Below, piece after piece: positions 1 through 10,279 of a stretch of DNA of 64,000 nt. The notes under the pieces are model-generated. The model had not been told where the DNA came from. It worked only from the letters and a program-made list of their open reading frames with translations, and searched no databases. This DNA is from Wickerhamiella versatilis (taxonomy: Eukaryota): assembly GCA_030867685.1 (NCBI GenBank), contig JAQOWU010000008.1, positions 1,922,001-1,986,000 of the forward strand, given 5' to 3'. Position numbers and translations under genes: made by a program. Numbering within the stretch: the first letter of the stretch is position 1; each line of letters begins with the position of its first letter.

Positions 1-1
1 A

Positions 2-67
2 GCCCTTTTGCGTGGCCACAGCAAGACAGCTGGCATCTTGATTGAAGCTCGCAACGGCCATCAGTGA
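2..67 (+). CDS. Possible 3' end of an ankyrin-repeat protein entering from the left edge
   Basis: Frame 2 reads ALLRGHSKTAGILIEARNGHQ*, resembling an ankyrin A-x-x-GH-x-x-x-x-x-x-L helix pair; too short to be sure. Confidence 0.3.
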   Translation, partial: ALLRGHSKTAGILIEARNGHQ

Positions 68-268
68 CCCAGAGAAGGCTTATCTCAGCAACGTCATGGG
101 CTACTTGCACAGGGGAGCAGATGGTGGGTGGCCCATGCTATTTTAAAGAAGTGACAGTGCGAGGATAAGGACATTTTATTATCTTGTTTAAACACAAATT
201 TAGTTAAGAGCTCTTGCTAAGATGAAGCCGGACTTAAACTATTCATTATCTTGAACTTAAGTAAATAT

Positions 269-562
269 TTACTTGCGATGATGATCTATGCTACGACGCC
301 ACTGTTCTGGGGAAGGTCCCTCAGAACGAATTACCGAGCCAATACCCATAAACATGGCAAACATAGCACCAGATCCCAACATGTATTGACCCATCGTACG
401 CATATATCCTCGAGGGCCCGGGCCATACTGGTAGATGGCCATGCCGCCGAATAAAACACCGATCATGGCACCAGCCATACCACCCATTGTCGCACCCATT
501 GTTATGCGATCCCAAAAAGTAGGTTCACGAGTTGTCTGAACAGGACGGGATACCACAGGCAT
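269..562 (-). CDS. MGR2: TIM23-associated Mgr2/ROMO1-family protein
   Basis: FWDRITMGATMGGMAG...MGQYMLGSGAMFAMFMGIGSVIRS matches the Romo1 family; first ATG at 562. Confidence 0.9.
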   Translation of the reverse strand: MPVVSRPVQTTREPTFWDRITMGATMGGMAGAMIGVLFGGMAIYQYGPGPRGYMRTMGQYMLGSGAMFAMFMGIGSVIRSEGPSPEQWRRSIDHHRK

Positions 563-661
563 CTTTTTTTCTTCGATTTGCACCGTCGGGGACTGCTTAG
601 ATAATCATATGTTTGAAATTTATATATTTACACATGAATGCGAGCAATAAATGCCTAGAAA

Positions 662-3100
662 TTAACTATATATACCTTGTGTGACAATCTGGAACTGGTC
701 ATACAGCCGAGTATAGAAGCTTCCAGCGCTCTTGAAAACCAGTTTTTCGATGAATTGATCAGCCTCCTCATCGTTAAGATGAAGAACGAACCGTGCTTTC
801 AGTTGCTGAGCAGTTTGTGGCCCACTCATAAAACAAGGCAATTTGGACTCTTTCGACATAATATCGACGAAAGTTACGAATTCATCTGCATGCTGTCTCA
901 AAACTCGAAAGGCCTGCTTCAAAAGCGAAACAAATTCCGCAAATGATTGAGAGTCTTGTCCGCCCATTAGGTCAATGTATTCGTGAGTCAATTTGAACGG
1001 CGATGCCTCGAACCCTATGTGACCTGGAGCATTGGAAAGCATGAATCCAAAATCTATATGGATAATGTGGCCTTCATTATCAACAAGTATGTTACCATTA
1101 TGTCGGTCCTTGATCTGGAGAATATAACAAAGCAGTGAATAGGCAGCAAGAGACTTCACAAAATTATGCACTGCTCTTACATGGCGGGCCGATGTGGCAG
1201 CGCCAAATTTATGCTCGAAATGTTGCGAAAGCTGTGCGACATGACGGGGATCACCGCCCTCTGTAACGTTCGCAGAAGTTAGAGCCTTCTTGATGGAATG
1301 CAAACTCAAGGCATTTGTGATAGTTTCCACTAAGCCTGAGTTTCCACCGGCGATCATAATACGCATATTTTTAACCCAAACGTCGACACCAGCATCACGC
1401 CAAAGGTGACGCGCATGCGTGATTAGTTGGCTTGCAAGAGCCTCCTGACGAAGGTCATCTCCGGTTTTGATGATGACACTAAATAAATCCCAGTTAGGAA
1501 GATGACCAAAGGGAGAGCTTTGGCGTATTCTCCGTTTACGACTCTGCCAGTCCTCACCCAAATTGGCTGCACTGGGGTCCTCATTGGTATTAGAAAGTCC
1601 TGATGTTTTAAGATCATTTTCCAATTTGCGTTCACCCGCTTCCCCTACGAAAAGGGCATCATGGTGCTGCATGTTCTGCATACTAGCCACAATCTTGTGG
1701 CGGATCAGGTCTACTTCAGCTTTGGGCAGTTTGGAAGCATCCGCACTAACATCAAGTTGTGCAAGAATGTGGGCAGCGGTACGCATCTGGGTCGCTAGGT
1801 CTGCAATATCCTGGTTTTCAGATTCATTGGAGGCAGCAGCTGCTTCAAGTTCAGGTTGAGAAATCGGCATTTGCCGCTCCTGATGTGGACTAGTTTCTTG
1901 AAATTTTACCAGGCTGAGTTGCCCGATATCTTGTTCCTCGTCCTCCGGGGGAGTTTGGATTCTAGGCTGGTCCACACGCTTCTCAAGTAAATTAGAACGT
2001 TCAAACAGACGGCCATTTGTTCCTCTTTCTAGTATCTTGCGATTTATGGGCGTCTTAGGATCCCAAGTCAAATCTCCTCTCAAATATTCAACAAGTAAAA
2101 GATATGGCGCTTTCTCGGCAGAGTTGAGTACAGTTGCTTCAGAGGGAGCCATACGTACAATTCTATGCTGTTTGCCATTGCCATACGATGGCAGCAACAT
2201 AGGGAAATCAACCTCTGCAGGTAGGTCGCGATTCAGTAATGCAAGCTCTAATTGTAAGGCACTAAGGCGTGCTTCTTTAGGTACATGTAGCAAACGGTTC
2301 GAAATAGCAATCAGTGCGTATACAAATTGAGTCTCACAGCGGAAGTAATGTGTTTTCAATTGCCTCTTAGGTGAGCCTTTTTCTTGTTGCAATTGCACAG
2401 CGGCATTTTCATAGCTTGGCCGGTGATGGAGGTTTGGCACACTCATGGAAAGGTCAGTATGATACTTGTGCGGATGTGGGTGAGACTGCGATACGGAGTC
2501 CGCCAGGGTAGGATCTGATTTTCTCCTGGTTATGACGCGGTGCAAATAGGAACTTCTCTGCTTTCGACCCTGACAGACAACAAGATCATGCACATACTTT
2601 CCAGCAAAAGGCACCAAATTGGCGGCTATCATTCCCCCCAAAACCAATGCTGGGTGACTGTTCTCGCGCATCTTGACATCTGGTGTGGAGCCTACACCAA
2701 ATAGAATCCACTGTAGCTTATTATACAGCCTTTTTGCCACCGCAAAACCGTATGACCGGGGTGCATAGTCTAAATCGTGGAGGGCTGCCTGAAGATGCCA
2801 AAACACAACTAGAGTATGATGCGGTGACTTGTTGCACATGTCGATTAAAAAGTCTTCAAGAGCAGCACCCTCAGTTTCTACTGTGATGAATATATGCACG
2901 AGTTGAGGTAGATAAAATCCCACATGATCTCGGGGAAATGCGGCCAGCCGCTGACACAAACGATACTGTAGACCAACGCTGTCTGCTGCTGTAGGAAGTA
3001 ACGCGATACAGTTAAATAGTGTGAGATCAGAAGACTCCACCTGAGCAAGTAAGACGGAGGTGGGCTGGGCTGGATCCCTTCCCCCGTCGCCCCTCATCAT
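662..3100 (-). CDS. PIK1: Phosphatidylinositol 4-kinase (type III beta)
   Basis: FYLPQL helical domain, LNSAEKAPY, KTGDDLRQE, DRHNGN and DFG kinase motifs; first ATG at 3100. Confidence 0.95.
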   Translation of the reverse strand: MMRGDGGRDPAQPTSVLLAQVESSDLTLFNCIALLPTAADSVGLQYRLCQRLAAFPRDHVGFYLPQLVHIFITVETEGAALEDFLIDMCNKSPHHTLVVFWHLQAALHDLDYAPRSYGFAVAKRLYNKLQWILFGVGSTPDVKMRENSHPALVLGGMIAANLVPFAGKYVHDLVVCQGRKQRSSYLHRVITRRKSDPTLADSVSQSHPHPHKYHTDLSMSVPNLHHRPSYENAAVQLQQEKGSPKRQLKTHYFRCETQFVYALIAISNRLLHVPKEARLSALQLELALLNRDLPAEVDFPMLLPSYGNGKQHRIVRMAPSEATVLNSAEKAPYLLLVEYLRGDLTWDPKTPINRKILERGTNGRLFERSNLLEKRVDQPRIQTPPEDEEQDIGQLSLVKFQETSPHQERQMPISQPELEAAAASNESENQDIADLATQMRTAAHILAQLDVSADASKLPKAEVDLIRHKIVASMQNMQHHDALFVGEAGERKLENDLKTSGLSNTNEDPSAANLGEDWQSRKRRIRQSSPFGHLPNWDLFSVIIKTGDDLRQEALASQLITHARHLWRDAGVDVWVKNMRIMIAGGNSGLVETITNALSLHSIKKALTSANVTEGGDPRHVAQLSQHFEHKFGAATSARHVRAVHNFVKSLAAYSLLCYILQIKDRHNGNILVDNEGHIIHIDFGFMLSNAPGHIGFEASPFKLTHEYIDLMGGQDSQSFAEFVSLLKQAFRVLRQHADEFVTFVDIMSKESKLPCFMSGPQTAQQLKARFVLHLNDEEADQFIEKLVFKSAGSFYTRLYDQFQIVTQGIYS

Positions 3101-3128
3101 GACTCTGGTGCCGTCGTGTATCTGACAA

Positions 3129-3506
3129 ATGTCGGGTGAAGCTAAACAACCTTCCAAGGAGCAGCAAGAGGCTCAGGCAAGGGCACAAGAGGAGGCGGTA
3201 ACAGGAATTATAGCCCAGGTATGTACACCGGCGGCTAGGGAAAGGCTTGCACGTATAGGTCTCGTCCGGCCAGACAGGGCGAAAGCAGTCCAGGAGCTTC
3301 TTGTCAGACTCGCTACTTCGGGCCAACTGCAGCACCGCATTGAAGAAAACGAGCTGGTTTCTCTACTCGATCGGGTCTCTGAGCCCCAGGCAAACAAGCT
3401 TATTTTCTCTCATAGGCCACGTGACGATGACGAGCTTGAACTGCCAGAGGAGCCTAGCAAAAACCAGGCAGCTGGAAACGCCGAAGACGACGATTTCTTT
3501 GACTAA
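3129..3506 (+). CDS. PDCD5-family DNA-binding protein (YMR074C/Sdd2-like)
   Basis: QVCTPAARERLARIGLVRPDRAKAVQELLVRLATSGQL is the PDCD5 signature; acidic DDDFFD tail. Confidence 0.9.
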   Translation: MSGEAKQPSKEQQEAQARAQEEAVTGIIAQVCTPAARERLARIGLVRPDRAKAVQELLVRLATSGQLQHRIEENELVSLLDRVSEPQANKLIFSHRPRDDDELELPEEPSKNQAAGNAEDDDFFD

Positions 3507-3754
3507 ATCTGAATCATAATTTGAGCTATGAGAAGAAAGGAGCAGGCAAAAGAAAAAAGAAAAAAAACCTTTGCACGGAAGTCGAACCCAAGCCTTTTAA
3601 ACTTATCTTAGAATCGGCCACCTAAGGATGGTTATAGAAACTATTTAAAATTAGAGGACTAAAACCATTATAATAAAAAATAACTTTTGACATCCGGAAG
3701 ATGTCATCCACGCATCATCTTTTGACTCGAGTAACCTCCATGTTTCCTAATCTT

Positions 3755-3826
3755 GGAGTAGTGGCGCAATGGCAGCGTTCCAGAGTTCGGTTCTGGTGGT
3801 TGCAGGTTCGAGTCCTGTCTACTTCG
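3755..3826 (+). tRNA. tRNA-Arg(UCG), intronless
   Basis: Cloverleaf: acceptor GGAGTAG/CTACTTC, D arm GCGC-AATGGCA-GCGT, anticodon arm CCAGA-GTTCGGT-TCTGG, T arm GCAGG-TTCGAGT-CCTGT, discriminator G; followed by a T-run Pol III terminator. Confidence 0.92.
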
Positions 3827-4322
3827 TTTTTGACTTTTTGAACTAATCATCTCTCAAAATTCTATTCTATCAATTTAGCTGATATTTGTAAATTGTAGTC
3901 TTTTTTTTTCTCAACTAGTCAAGAGACCTCTCTGAGATAACTTACAGGTAAACTAGTTATACCAACAACCACGGATATATTGAGTTATTTTGGACTGATC
4001 TAGGGCTTACAGATTATGTTTATTCTGGAAAGATGCAATCAACATACTATATTAAATGCATTGAATTGGATTATTGGAATACTTGGGATGACGTCTGTGC
4101 TATATAAATCTATGCGGTGTGTACTATAGAATATATCATAACAAAAGTTTCCACATGATTAAAAGAAAGTAGTATTCATAAATATGCCCCCACAAATTCA
4201 TATACATGATGCGTGTAGTCGCATGCTATTTCGTTACGACAACTGAGACAGTTTATCATTTAGCGTACACAACGGTATGTTGTTTTGTATTATATAATCG
4301 AGCATTGAACGCGTCGTGCTGA

Positions 4323-7300
4323 ATGCACCAATTTGGCGAGCCTGTTTCGCCATCGCGAATGCGTGGATCTCCTGGGAAAAGCTCATTGGCACGACAGGGC
4401 TCTATGTCGAAGTTATATGGTCCGAGAAACTATGAGGATGCGATAACTGGATCTCCTAGAAAGGTGTCAAAGCATGTCATGTTCGATCGCCAAGATGAAG
4501 TTATTCAATACGAACAAATCTCCCCGGAGTTAGTTGATGAAGCTTGGGGCTCATTGAGTGATTCTGAATTGGTGAGCTGTGACTCTGATGAAGACCCAGA
4601 CGTGTCTTTACCTGATCATGGTCCTCCAGACTCGATTCCACAGATCAAACGCGGTTACCGGCCTCTTCCAAAACTACCACCGTTTATTCTTCCGAAATAT
4701 CTTGAAGGAAGTATGAATACAGGTACATTGTCTGAAGAATCTGACATACGCGACAAGAGGGAGCAACCAAGTGAGGAATTCTTACAGAATAATGCTAATT
4801 TGCAGGATCAATTGTCTAGTTCGCGTCCATCTGTTGAAACTAGGGTCAGTGCAGTGCTTGACCAGCCCGATAATTTTAAACCAGGTCATCACCGGACGCC
4901 GAGCAGGGCTGACAGCCTCAGCTCCTTGGATTCTCAGAACTCAGTCATTGAAAGCTTAGGTAGAAGCCGCTTATCTCCTGGACAATCATCGCCAGAATTC
5001 GATTTTAGTGATACTGAGGTCGATAACCAGCTAAAAGCTGCAGATCTCAGGCGACAAGAATCCCTACTTGATTCTCAACGCCTACCGGCTACAGAACTGG
5101 TTAGCCATACCAACCTTCCAGTTCCGAAATCAAGTAGCGAGCGAAGCTTCGTCGATCGACGTAATGCACTACTTGACATGCTTAATGCTAATGGGAACAG
5201 CGGTGCACATGAGCCTGTACTCGCGCCACCTCAAGATATTAATACCAGTAGTATGGACACTCGTGGTGACTTTGGAAATGCAGACCTATCTTTTGATGTG
5301 CCGGTTTCGTATCTTGAATATCCCGACAATGAGGGGTACTTGACAGATGTTTCTGAGACGTCATCACCGCAGAGATCACCGTTGAGACCTTCTTATGAAG
5401 ACCCTGGCGAAGATCAGAGTCCAATCATATCTTCTAAAGAGAATCTGGAGTCTAACGATAGTCCAGTCAATTCGAGGCCATTGCCGAGAGATGAATCTAC
5501 ACAAGTAGGCCCCATAGGTGGCCATTGGCCAATTCCAGAATTGGCTGCTGTTTTATCGCCAGAAGTTGAACAGAATGCTTGGGGAAGTGGGAATCGGGAG
5601 ATTGAGTCTGAAGGAGATGGTGTTGTTTCCCTGCAAGAAGAGCCTTATGCACTGGAAAACCCAGAGCAGCGTTATAAGTTACAGGGTGTAGAAATGGACA
5701 GCTTGAACGACAATGGTATCGCAGAAAAGGAAAATCTCCAAGCCGATTCCGATTCCGATTTCTCAAGGCCTGAAGCAAGCTTGAGCGAGCCTTCAAGCTC
5801 GAAGATAAATCCTTATAATCAGCCAGCAGGTCCTTTGCATACGGATATACCTGTAACAAATCCAGATACTAGCTATAAGAACAGTACGCCATCCCCAATG
5901 GTAACTGGTTCGACGCACAAGGAAGTGGCATCTGGATTGCAAGACACAGATCAGGTCACGTGGTTGGAGCCTCAAGAATCATCCTCCAAACAAGAGGAGC
6001 TTCTGTCTCATGAAACACTGCAGAAAGAGGTCGATCCAACTACCACAATGCCATCTAATGAGGGTCCTTCGCGGAATGAAGGTAGAAACCAAGCGGTTAG
6101 TCAAGAAGATACCAAGCATGCCAGCGTAGAAATACCTACGCCAAACCTCCCTCTTCCATCGAGTTCTCCATTTACAATTGACGACATAAGATCTCCAGGT
6201 CCTCAAACTATTAACGAGCCAGTACAGAAGTCACCATCCTTAGATAGTATCACTGAGTATTCAGTGCCTATCCTTGATAGTGACTTATCCGACTTGGAAG
6301 CGCAGCCAGAGCTAGAGGGCTCTGTTGATTCAAGAGCTCAATCAAGTGATAATGGTTCTGAGGAAAATGCTAGAGCTGTCCATGCGTCTCCCTCTGAGGA
6401 CTCTTTACAAATGTCAAGTAGATCATTGAACTCCCCTGTATCAGAGAATGCACATGAATCTCCCTTAATAACTCCGGCAGATGTATTGGAAGAATCGAAA
6501 CCAGAACAGGAGCTAGACAGTGGACTCACTTCTCCTTCCCCTCTTGACTATACCAGTGAACACGACAAGTGTAACGCTTCTGAACAGACAGAAAATGATC
6601 AGACGAACTCGACTCTTGCGAGCCTTCCTCAAATTCGCCGTCCCGTCAATCGCGCTCTTCCAGTTCCAGGTTCAAACCGGACATCCACAGCGTCTTTAGT
6701 GACCGCGGCATCTACTCTTACGCAAAGCTCTCTCGATATCGGTGAAATTGGGGATTCATTTAACAGTATAAGCACGGAGATAGACCGGATGTGGCCTTCG
6801 TCAACCGAGAATCGAGGAAGCTATCAGCTGCACGAGTCCTCTAGCATGGTGATTGCCTCTGCGCCTCCACACGTTCATACGTCCACTGCCCTGCACCCCC
6901 TTCACGACAATGGTGTCGCTCCCTCACCAAGTGGATTTGAACAAGTATCATATCAAGTTCCTCAAAAGGAATCTACGGTCAGCTCTTTTGTCAATAAACC
7001 AGCATACAATCCACAAAAAGCAACAGTGAGTACCAGTGCTACAGAAGGATCGCAATCAAAACAAATATCGGAGGTAGGACTCCCTGATTCTTCAAGCAAG
7101 ACTATGAATCAACCCAATTTCAGCTCTGACCATAATTTGTACTCTAGAAACGAGCGCATACAACCTACAGGTCCTGCTGCAAAACAGCAGCTAAGGGGTC
7201 CTCGTGATATTGCAACTGGAATAAATCCGTATAAGCAACGAAAACCAATCCAGCCAACCAAACAGCCATATCCTACGTCGCGAAAAGATGTACGTGCTGT

Positions 7301-8210
7301 ACATTCCAGTGGTTCTGAGGCTCCAAGTTCAGCACCACGTTCAATGCCTAAGAACGATGCATTCAAACATTACTTAGAGAAACGACGCTCTCAAGTTCCT
7401 AGGTTGGATGAAAAGGGAAGACTATTTGTACGTGTTAAGAAAATTCATGGCTTGATGATCAAGGACTCGCCTTCATCAGTCACATTGACATTCGATACTG
7501 GATTCCACAGTATCACGAGTCCCCCACTTCCTGTCGATACGCCGTTAACTCACGATTATGAGGTATCTATTCTGCCTTTGACAACCCAGATGACCTTAAC
7601 AGCAAGATTATATCCTTTTCCGAATGTTAATGGCGCGTGGCGAAAAAGTGTTGGAGCAGATGGCTCATTTGCCAGATCTATTACTAGGTTGGAAGAGATA
7701 TGTCGCGAGAGCCAAGGTCATGCACATACGAAGAATCTAGCTCTCTCGAATGAGTGGGATAAAGATCGCGCTGGGTGCACCGTTGATATGGAAATGATGT
7801 GGATTCCGAGAGTTTCTCCTAAAGACAATCTTCCGCGATCACTGGATGCAGCAGTTGCAGCAGTACAGAAAGCTAGGGCAGGAAGTAACCCTATAAGAGA
7901 AGGATACCTTGTTCAATCAGGAGGTGATTGTGCCAAGTCCAAGCGCCGAAAGTTTGTTCTAGACTCATCTGCCCTAATAGCCCAGAGTTCTTCAGAACAT
8001 CACCGACCGCGAGCGTTATTTAATCTCGAAAAAGCCACGACCGTATCATTTCATGATTCTCTGATCACAATTAACTTTCAGAAAGATCGGAAGCTTGAAC
8101 TGAAAGCTATCGATGAGGAGGATGCTGCCGATTGGACTTCTGCATTAAAACAGGTAATTCGACATCCTTTGAGCAGACCCAAATGGCTAAGTGGCCTTTT
8201 ATATAGCTGA
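4323..8210 (+). CDS. BUD4: Anillin-related septin/bud-site protein (Bud4/Int1/Mid2-like)
   Basis: Long S/E/P-rich disordered region, then the GRLFVRV...DGSFARS anillin-homology domain and a C-terminal PH domain (EGYLVQSGGDC...W). Confidence 0.75.
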   Translation: MHQFGEPVSPSRMRGSPGKSSLARQGSMSKLYGPRNYEDAITGSPRKVSKHVMFDRQDEVIQYEQISPELVDEAWGSLSDSELVSCDSDEDPDVSLPDHGPPDSIPQIKRGYRPLPKLPPFILPKYLEGSMNTGTLSEESDIRDKREQPSEEFLQNNANLQDQLSSSRPSVETRVSAVLDQPDNFKPGHHRTPSRADSLSSLDSQNSVIESLGRSRLSPGQSSPEFDFSDTEVDNQLKAADLRRQESLLDSQRLPATELVSHTNLPVPKSSSERSFVDRRNALLDMLNANGNSGAHEPVLAPPQDINTSSMDTRGDFGNADLSFDVPVSYLEYPDNEGYLTDVSETSSPQRSPLRPSYEDPGEDQSPIISSKENLESNDSPVNSRPLPRDESTQVGPIGGHWPIPELAAVLSPEVEQNAWGSGNREIESEGDGVVSLQEEPYALENPEQRYKLQGVEMDSLNDNGIAEKENLQADSDSDFSRPEASLSEPSSSKINPYNQPAGPLHTDIPVTNPDTSYKNSTPSPMVTGSTHKEVASGLQDTDQVTWLEPQESSSKQEELLSHETLQKEVDPTTTMPSNEGPSRNEGRNQAVSQEDTKHASVEIPTPNLPLPSSSPFTIDDIRSPGPQTINEPVQKSPSLDSITEYSVPILDSDLSDLEAQPELEGSVDSRAQSSDNGSEENARAVHASPSEDSLQMSSRSLNSPVSENAHESPLITPADVLEESKPEQELDSGLTSPSPLDYTSEHDKCNASEQTENDQTNSTLASLPQIRRPVNRALPVPGSNRTSTASLVTAASTLTQSSLDIGEIGDSFNSISTEIDRMWPSSTENRGSYQLHESSSMVIASAPPHVHTSTALHPLHDNGVAPSPSGFEQVSYQVPQKESTVSSFVNKPAYNPQKATVSTSATEGSQSKQISEVGLPDSSSKTMNQPNFSSDHNLYSRNERIQPTGPAAKQQLRGPRDIATGINPYKQRKPIQPTKQPYPTSRKDVRAVHSSGSEAPSSAPRSMPKNDAFKHYLEKRRSQVPRLDEKGRLFVRVKKIHGLMIKDSPSSVTLTFDTGFHSITSPPLPVDTPLTHDYEVSILPLTTQMTLTARLYPFPNVNGAWRKSVGADGSFARSITRLEEICRESQGHAHTKNLALSNEWDKDRAGCTVDMEMMWIPRVSPKDNLPRSLDAAVAAVQKARAGSNPIREGYLVQSGGDCAKSKRRKFVLDSSALIAQSSSEHHRPRALFNLEKATTVSFHDSLITINFQKDRKLELKAIDEEDAADWTSALKQVIRHPLSRPKWLSGLLYS

Positions 8211-8301
8211 CCGTTAATGAAGATTAATTCTGTCCATACTAAAGCTACGTTTAGATAAATACCAATCAATACATGCAGGCAGTACCATCGTGCTTACAGA
8301 T

Positions 8302-9918
8302 ATGGGTGCCTCATACCCAGCGTTTCTAACGCCATTTGGGGTTGGAATTTTGGCATTAACACGTTTATGGTGCGATCAAAAACTATCCAGAGGTACAGTT
8401 GAAGTATGGAAACCTGTAGTTCGGTTGTTGAAAAATCCACAGCAACTTGTGCTATCTGATATTTTCAAAACCCTGAACGAGCATGACCATGACCTTTTGA
8501 AGAAAGAACTTCAATTGGTTGAAACTGCAGACGCTTTATACACGTTCTGTTTTACAGTAAAGTCGAAGCTTGGGGCTAAAAGCCTCCTTGGACGCTATAT
8601 ACAGGAATGGTGCGTGTGTGTTGAAATGACTGATTTTGACCTATTGGTCGACTTCCTGGAAAGATTCTGGAAAGAGCGGGACACAGGTCTCGAAAAACAT
8701 CCTCCAGCTTTAGTTTCCGCCATTGAAAACAACGATGTTGTCCGAGGCCCAACATTACTTCATGAGCATTATGACCATCAAAGCCGGACCGACAGCTCCA
8801 TTGCGTACCCCCCACCTCGCGCATTGGTCGAACTTGCTGGCATGCACGATAAGTGGGGCCATCCGAAGGCAGCGATGTTCTATCTAGAACAGGCAATGAA
8901 GCAAGCCAGGACAGTTGGTGAATATCCAACTACTCTTAAGGCTGCTATTTCGGCCTATATGCTTAAGGAACCGTTGAGTAAGAACCTTGGAGACAAGAAA
9001 AGGCTGCTGTCTTTTTTGAATGATAGTGAAACTCCTGATATTGCCGAAGAACTTTCTGAGATAAGGGCATCTGAAGGAGACCCACAATGGATTGAGGCGC
9101 ACATGAAAATGCTACCCATAATAACTGACAAGGGTCATTTTCATATGACGCAGGCTGAGTCTTGGTTTCGCCGTGGCAAGGGAGTGCTTTCCATCGCTCA
9201 CCTTCGCTTAGCTGCGCCTTTTGCTGAAAATTGTCAGCTTGTGCAACTAAGACTAAAATATTTTCAAGGAATTTGCTTTCGTGATTTAGATGTGACCGCT
9301 GATGAAGACCTAGGGTTGCTACTAGATGCTCAGCGTCTGGCTGCTCAAGGTTCTTACGATGTGGCACGCCATGTATTGGGATTGATAAAAGACCCCGCTG
9401 CCCAGGAGGATGTTCTAAGGCTGGAATTCGAGATGCTTTTCGATGAAGGCTATTCTACCGTAGCTTTGGACAAGGCTTGTGAATTGGAAAAGCTTTCTGA
9501 TAATACGGGCACGGAGTATTTCAAGCTTCAATGTCAGTTAAGGAAAGCTCAGGCACTCTCAGCTCTTGAAAACCTATTTGATCTGATGGAATCCCGTAGA
9601 ATAGCACAAGAAGTTCACGATAAGGCCAATCAGCGAGGCTGGACCCCACTGTCGATTCAGGCTCAATTGCTCCTTACCAAGGACTATGCGCCCTTAATAC
9701 CTCAAGCTGCAGCATGTAGTAGACGGCTGGAAGCTGAGGTATCTGTTATTTACGCATTGCATGGAGGTCCAATGGAACCAGCAGTAGCAATTGCGGCCGA
9801 ATGGCCTGACTTGATTAGACGCCTACAGAACTCTGAACCATCGTCTCCAGCAGGCTGGAAGCGACAGCTGGAAACACCTGAAATGCCGAAAAAGCGTAGA
9901 GGTTATAATTTATACTAG
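8302..9918 (+). CDS. APC5: Anaphase-promoting complex subunit 5
   Basis: N-terminal FLTP motif and LHEHYD...ALVELAGMHDKWGHPKAAMFYLEQAMKQAR Apc5 TPR motif; first ATG at 8302. Confidence 0.75.
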   Translation: MGASYPAFLTPFGVGILALTRLWCDQKLSRGTVEVWKPVVRLLKNPQQLVLSDIFKTLNEHDHDLLKKELQLVETADALYTFCFTVKSKLGAKSLLGRYIQEWCVCVEMTDFDLLVDFLERFWKERDTGLEKHPPALVSAIENNDVVRGPTLLHEHYDHQSRTDSSIAYPPPRALVELAGMHDKWGHPKAAMFYLEQAMKQARTVGEYPTTLKAAISAYMLKEPLSKNLGDKKRLLSFLNDSETPDIAEELSEIRASEGDPQWIEAHMKMLPIITDKGHFHMTQAESWFRRGKGVLSIAHLRLAAPFAENCQLVQLRLKYFQGICFRDLDVTADEDLGLLLDAQRLAAQGSYDVARHVLGLIKDPAAQEDVLRLEFEMLFDEGYSTVALDKACELEKLSDNTGTEYFKLQCQLRKAQALSALENLFDLMESRRIAQEVHDKANQRGWTPLSIQAQLLLTKDYAPLIPQAAACSRRLEAEVSVIYALHGGPMEPAVAIAAEWPDLIRRLQNSEPSSPAGWKRQLETPEMPKKRRGYNLY

Positions 9919-10279
9919 CTTAAATGAATATTTTAAACGCACGATGAAATGCTTCGGGCCGATTTTATTCACATGGAACCCTAAATTATCCGTAATGTTT
10001 TCGTGTCATTCATACTTTTGAGTTAGTTCCTCTTTTTGCTGCGAGATTGAACAGGTAATTCTTCACAATGTGACGAAAAATCCTCAAAAATAAACATTAT
10101 ATTACATTAGTTCTGAATCTTGAAATTCACACATAAAGGATACTGTTCAGCGATCGCGTCATAGTTGATTATGGCAAAATTAGGACAACTGGTAAATGTT
10201 TCGCGCCACAGATATACAAATGCAATGAAAATAGCAAAACAAAGGATTATTTTAATAGTTTTAAAGAGCAGTCAAAGCA

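Noticed and set aside
3905-4145. Hairpins with ANANNA/ACA boxes between the tRNA and BUD4
   Set aside because: AT-rich, short stems and non-canonical pocket spacing; indistinguishable from chance by eye
4275-4280. GTATGT upstream of the BUD4-like ATG
   Set aside because: No convincing branch point or in-frame upstream exon
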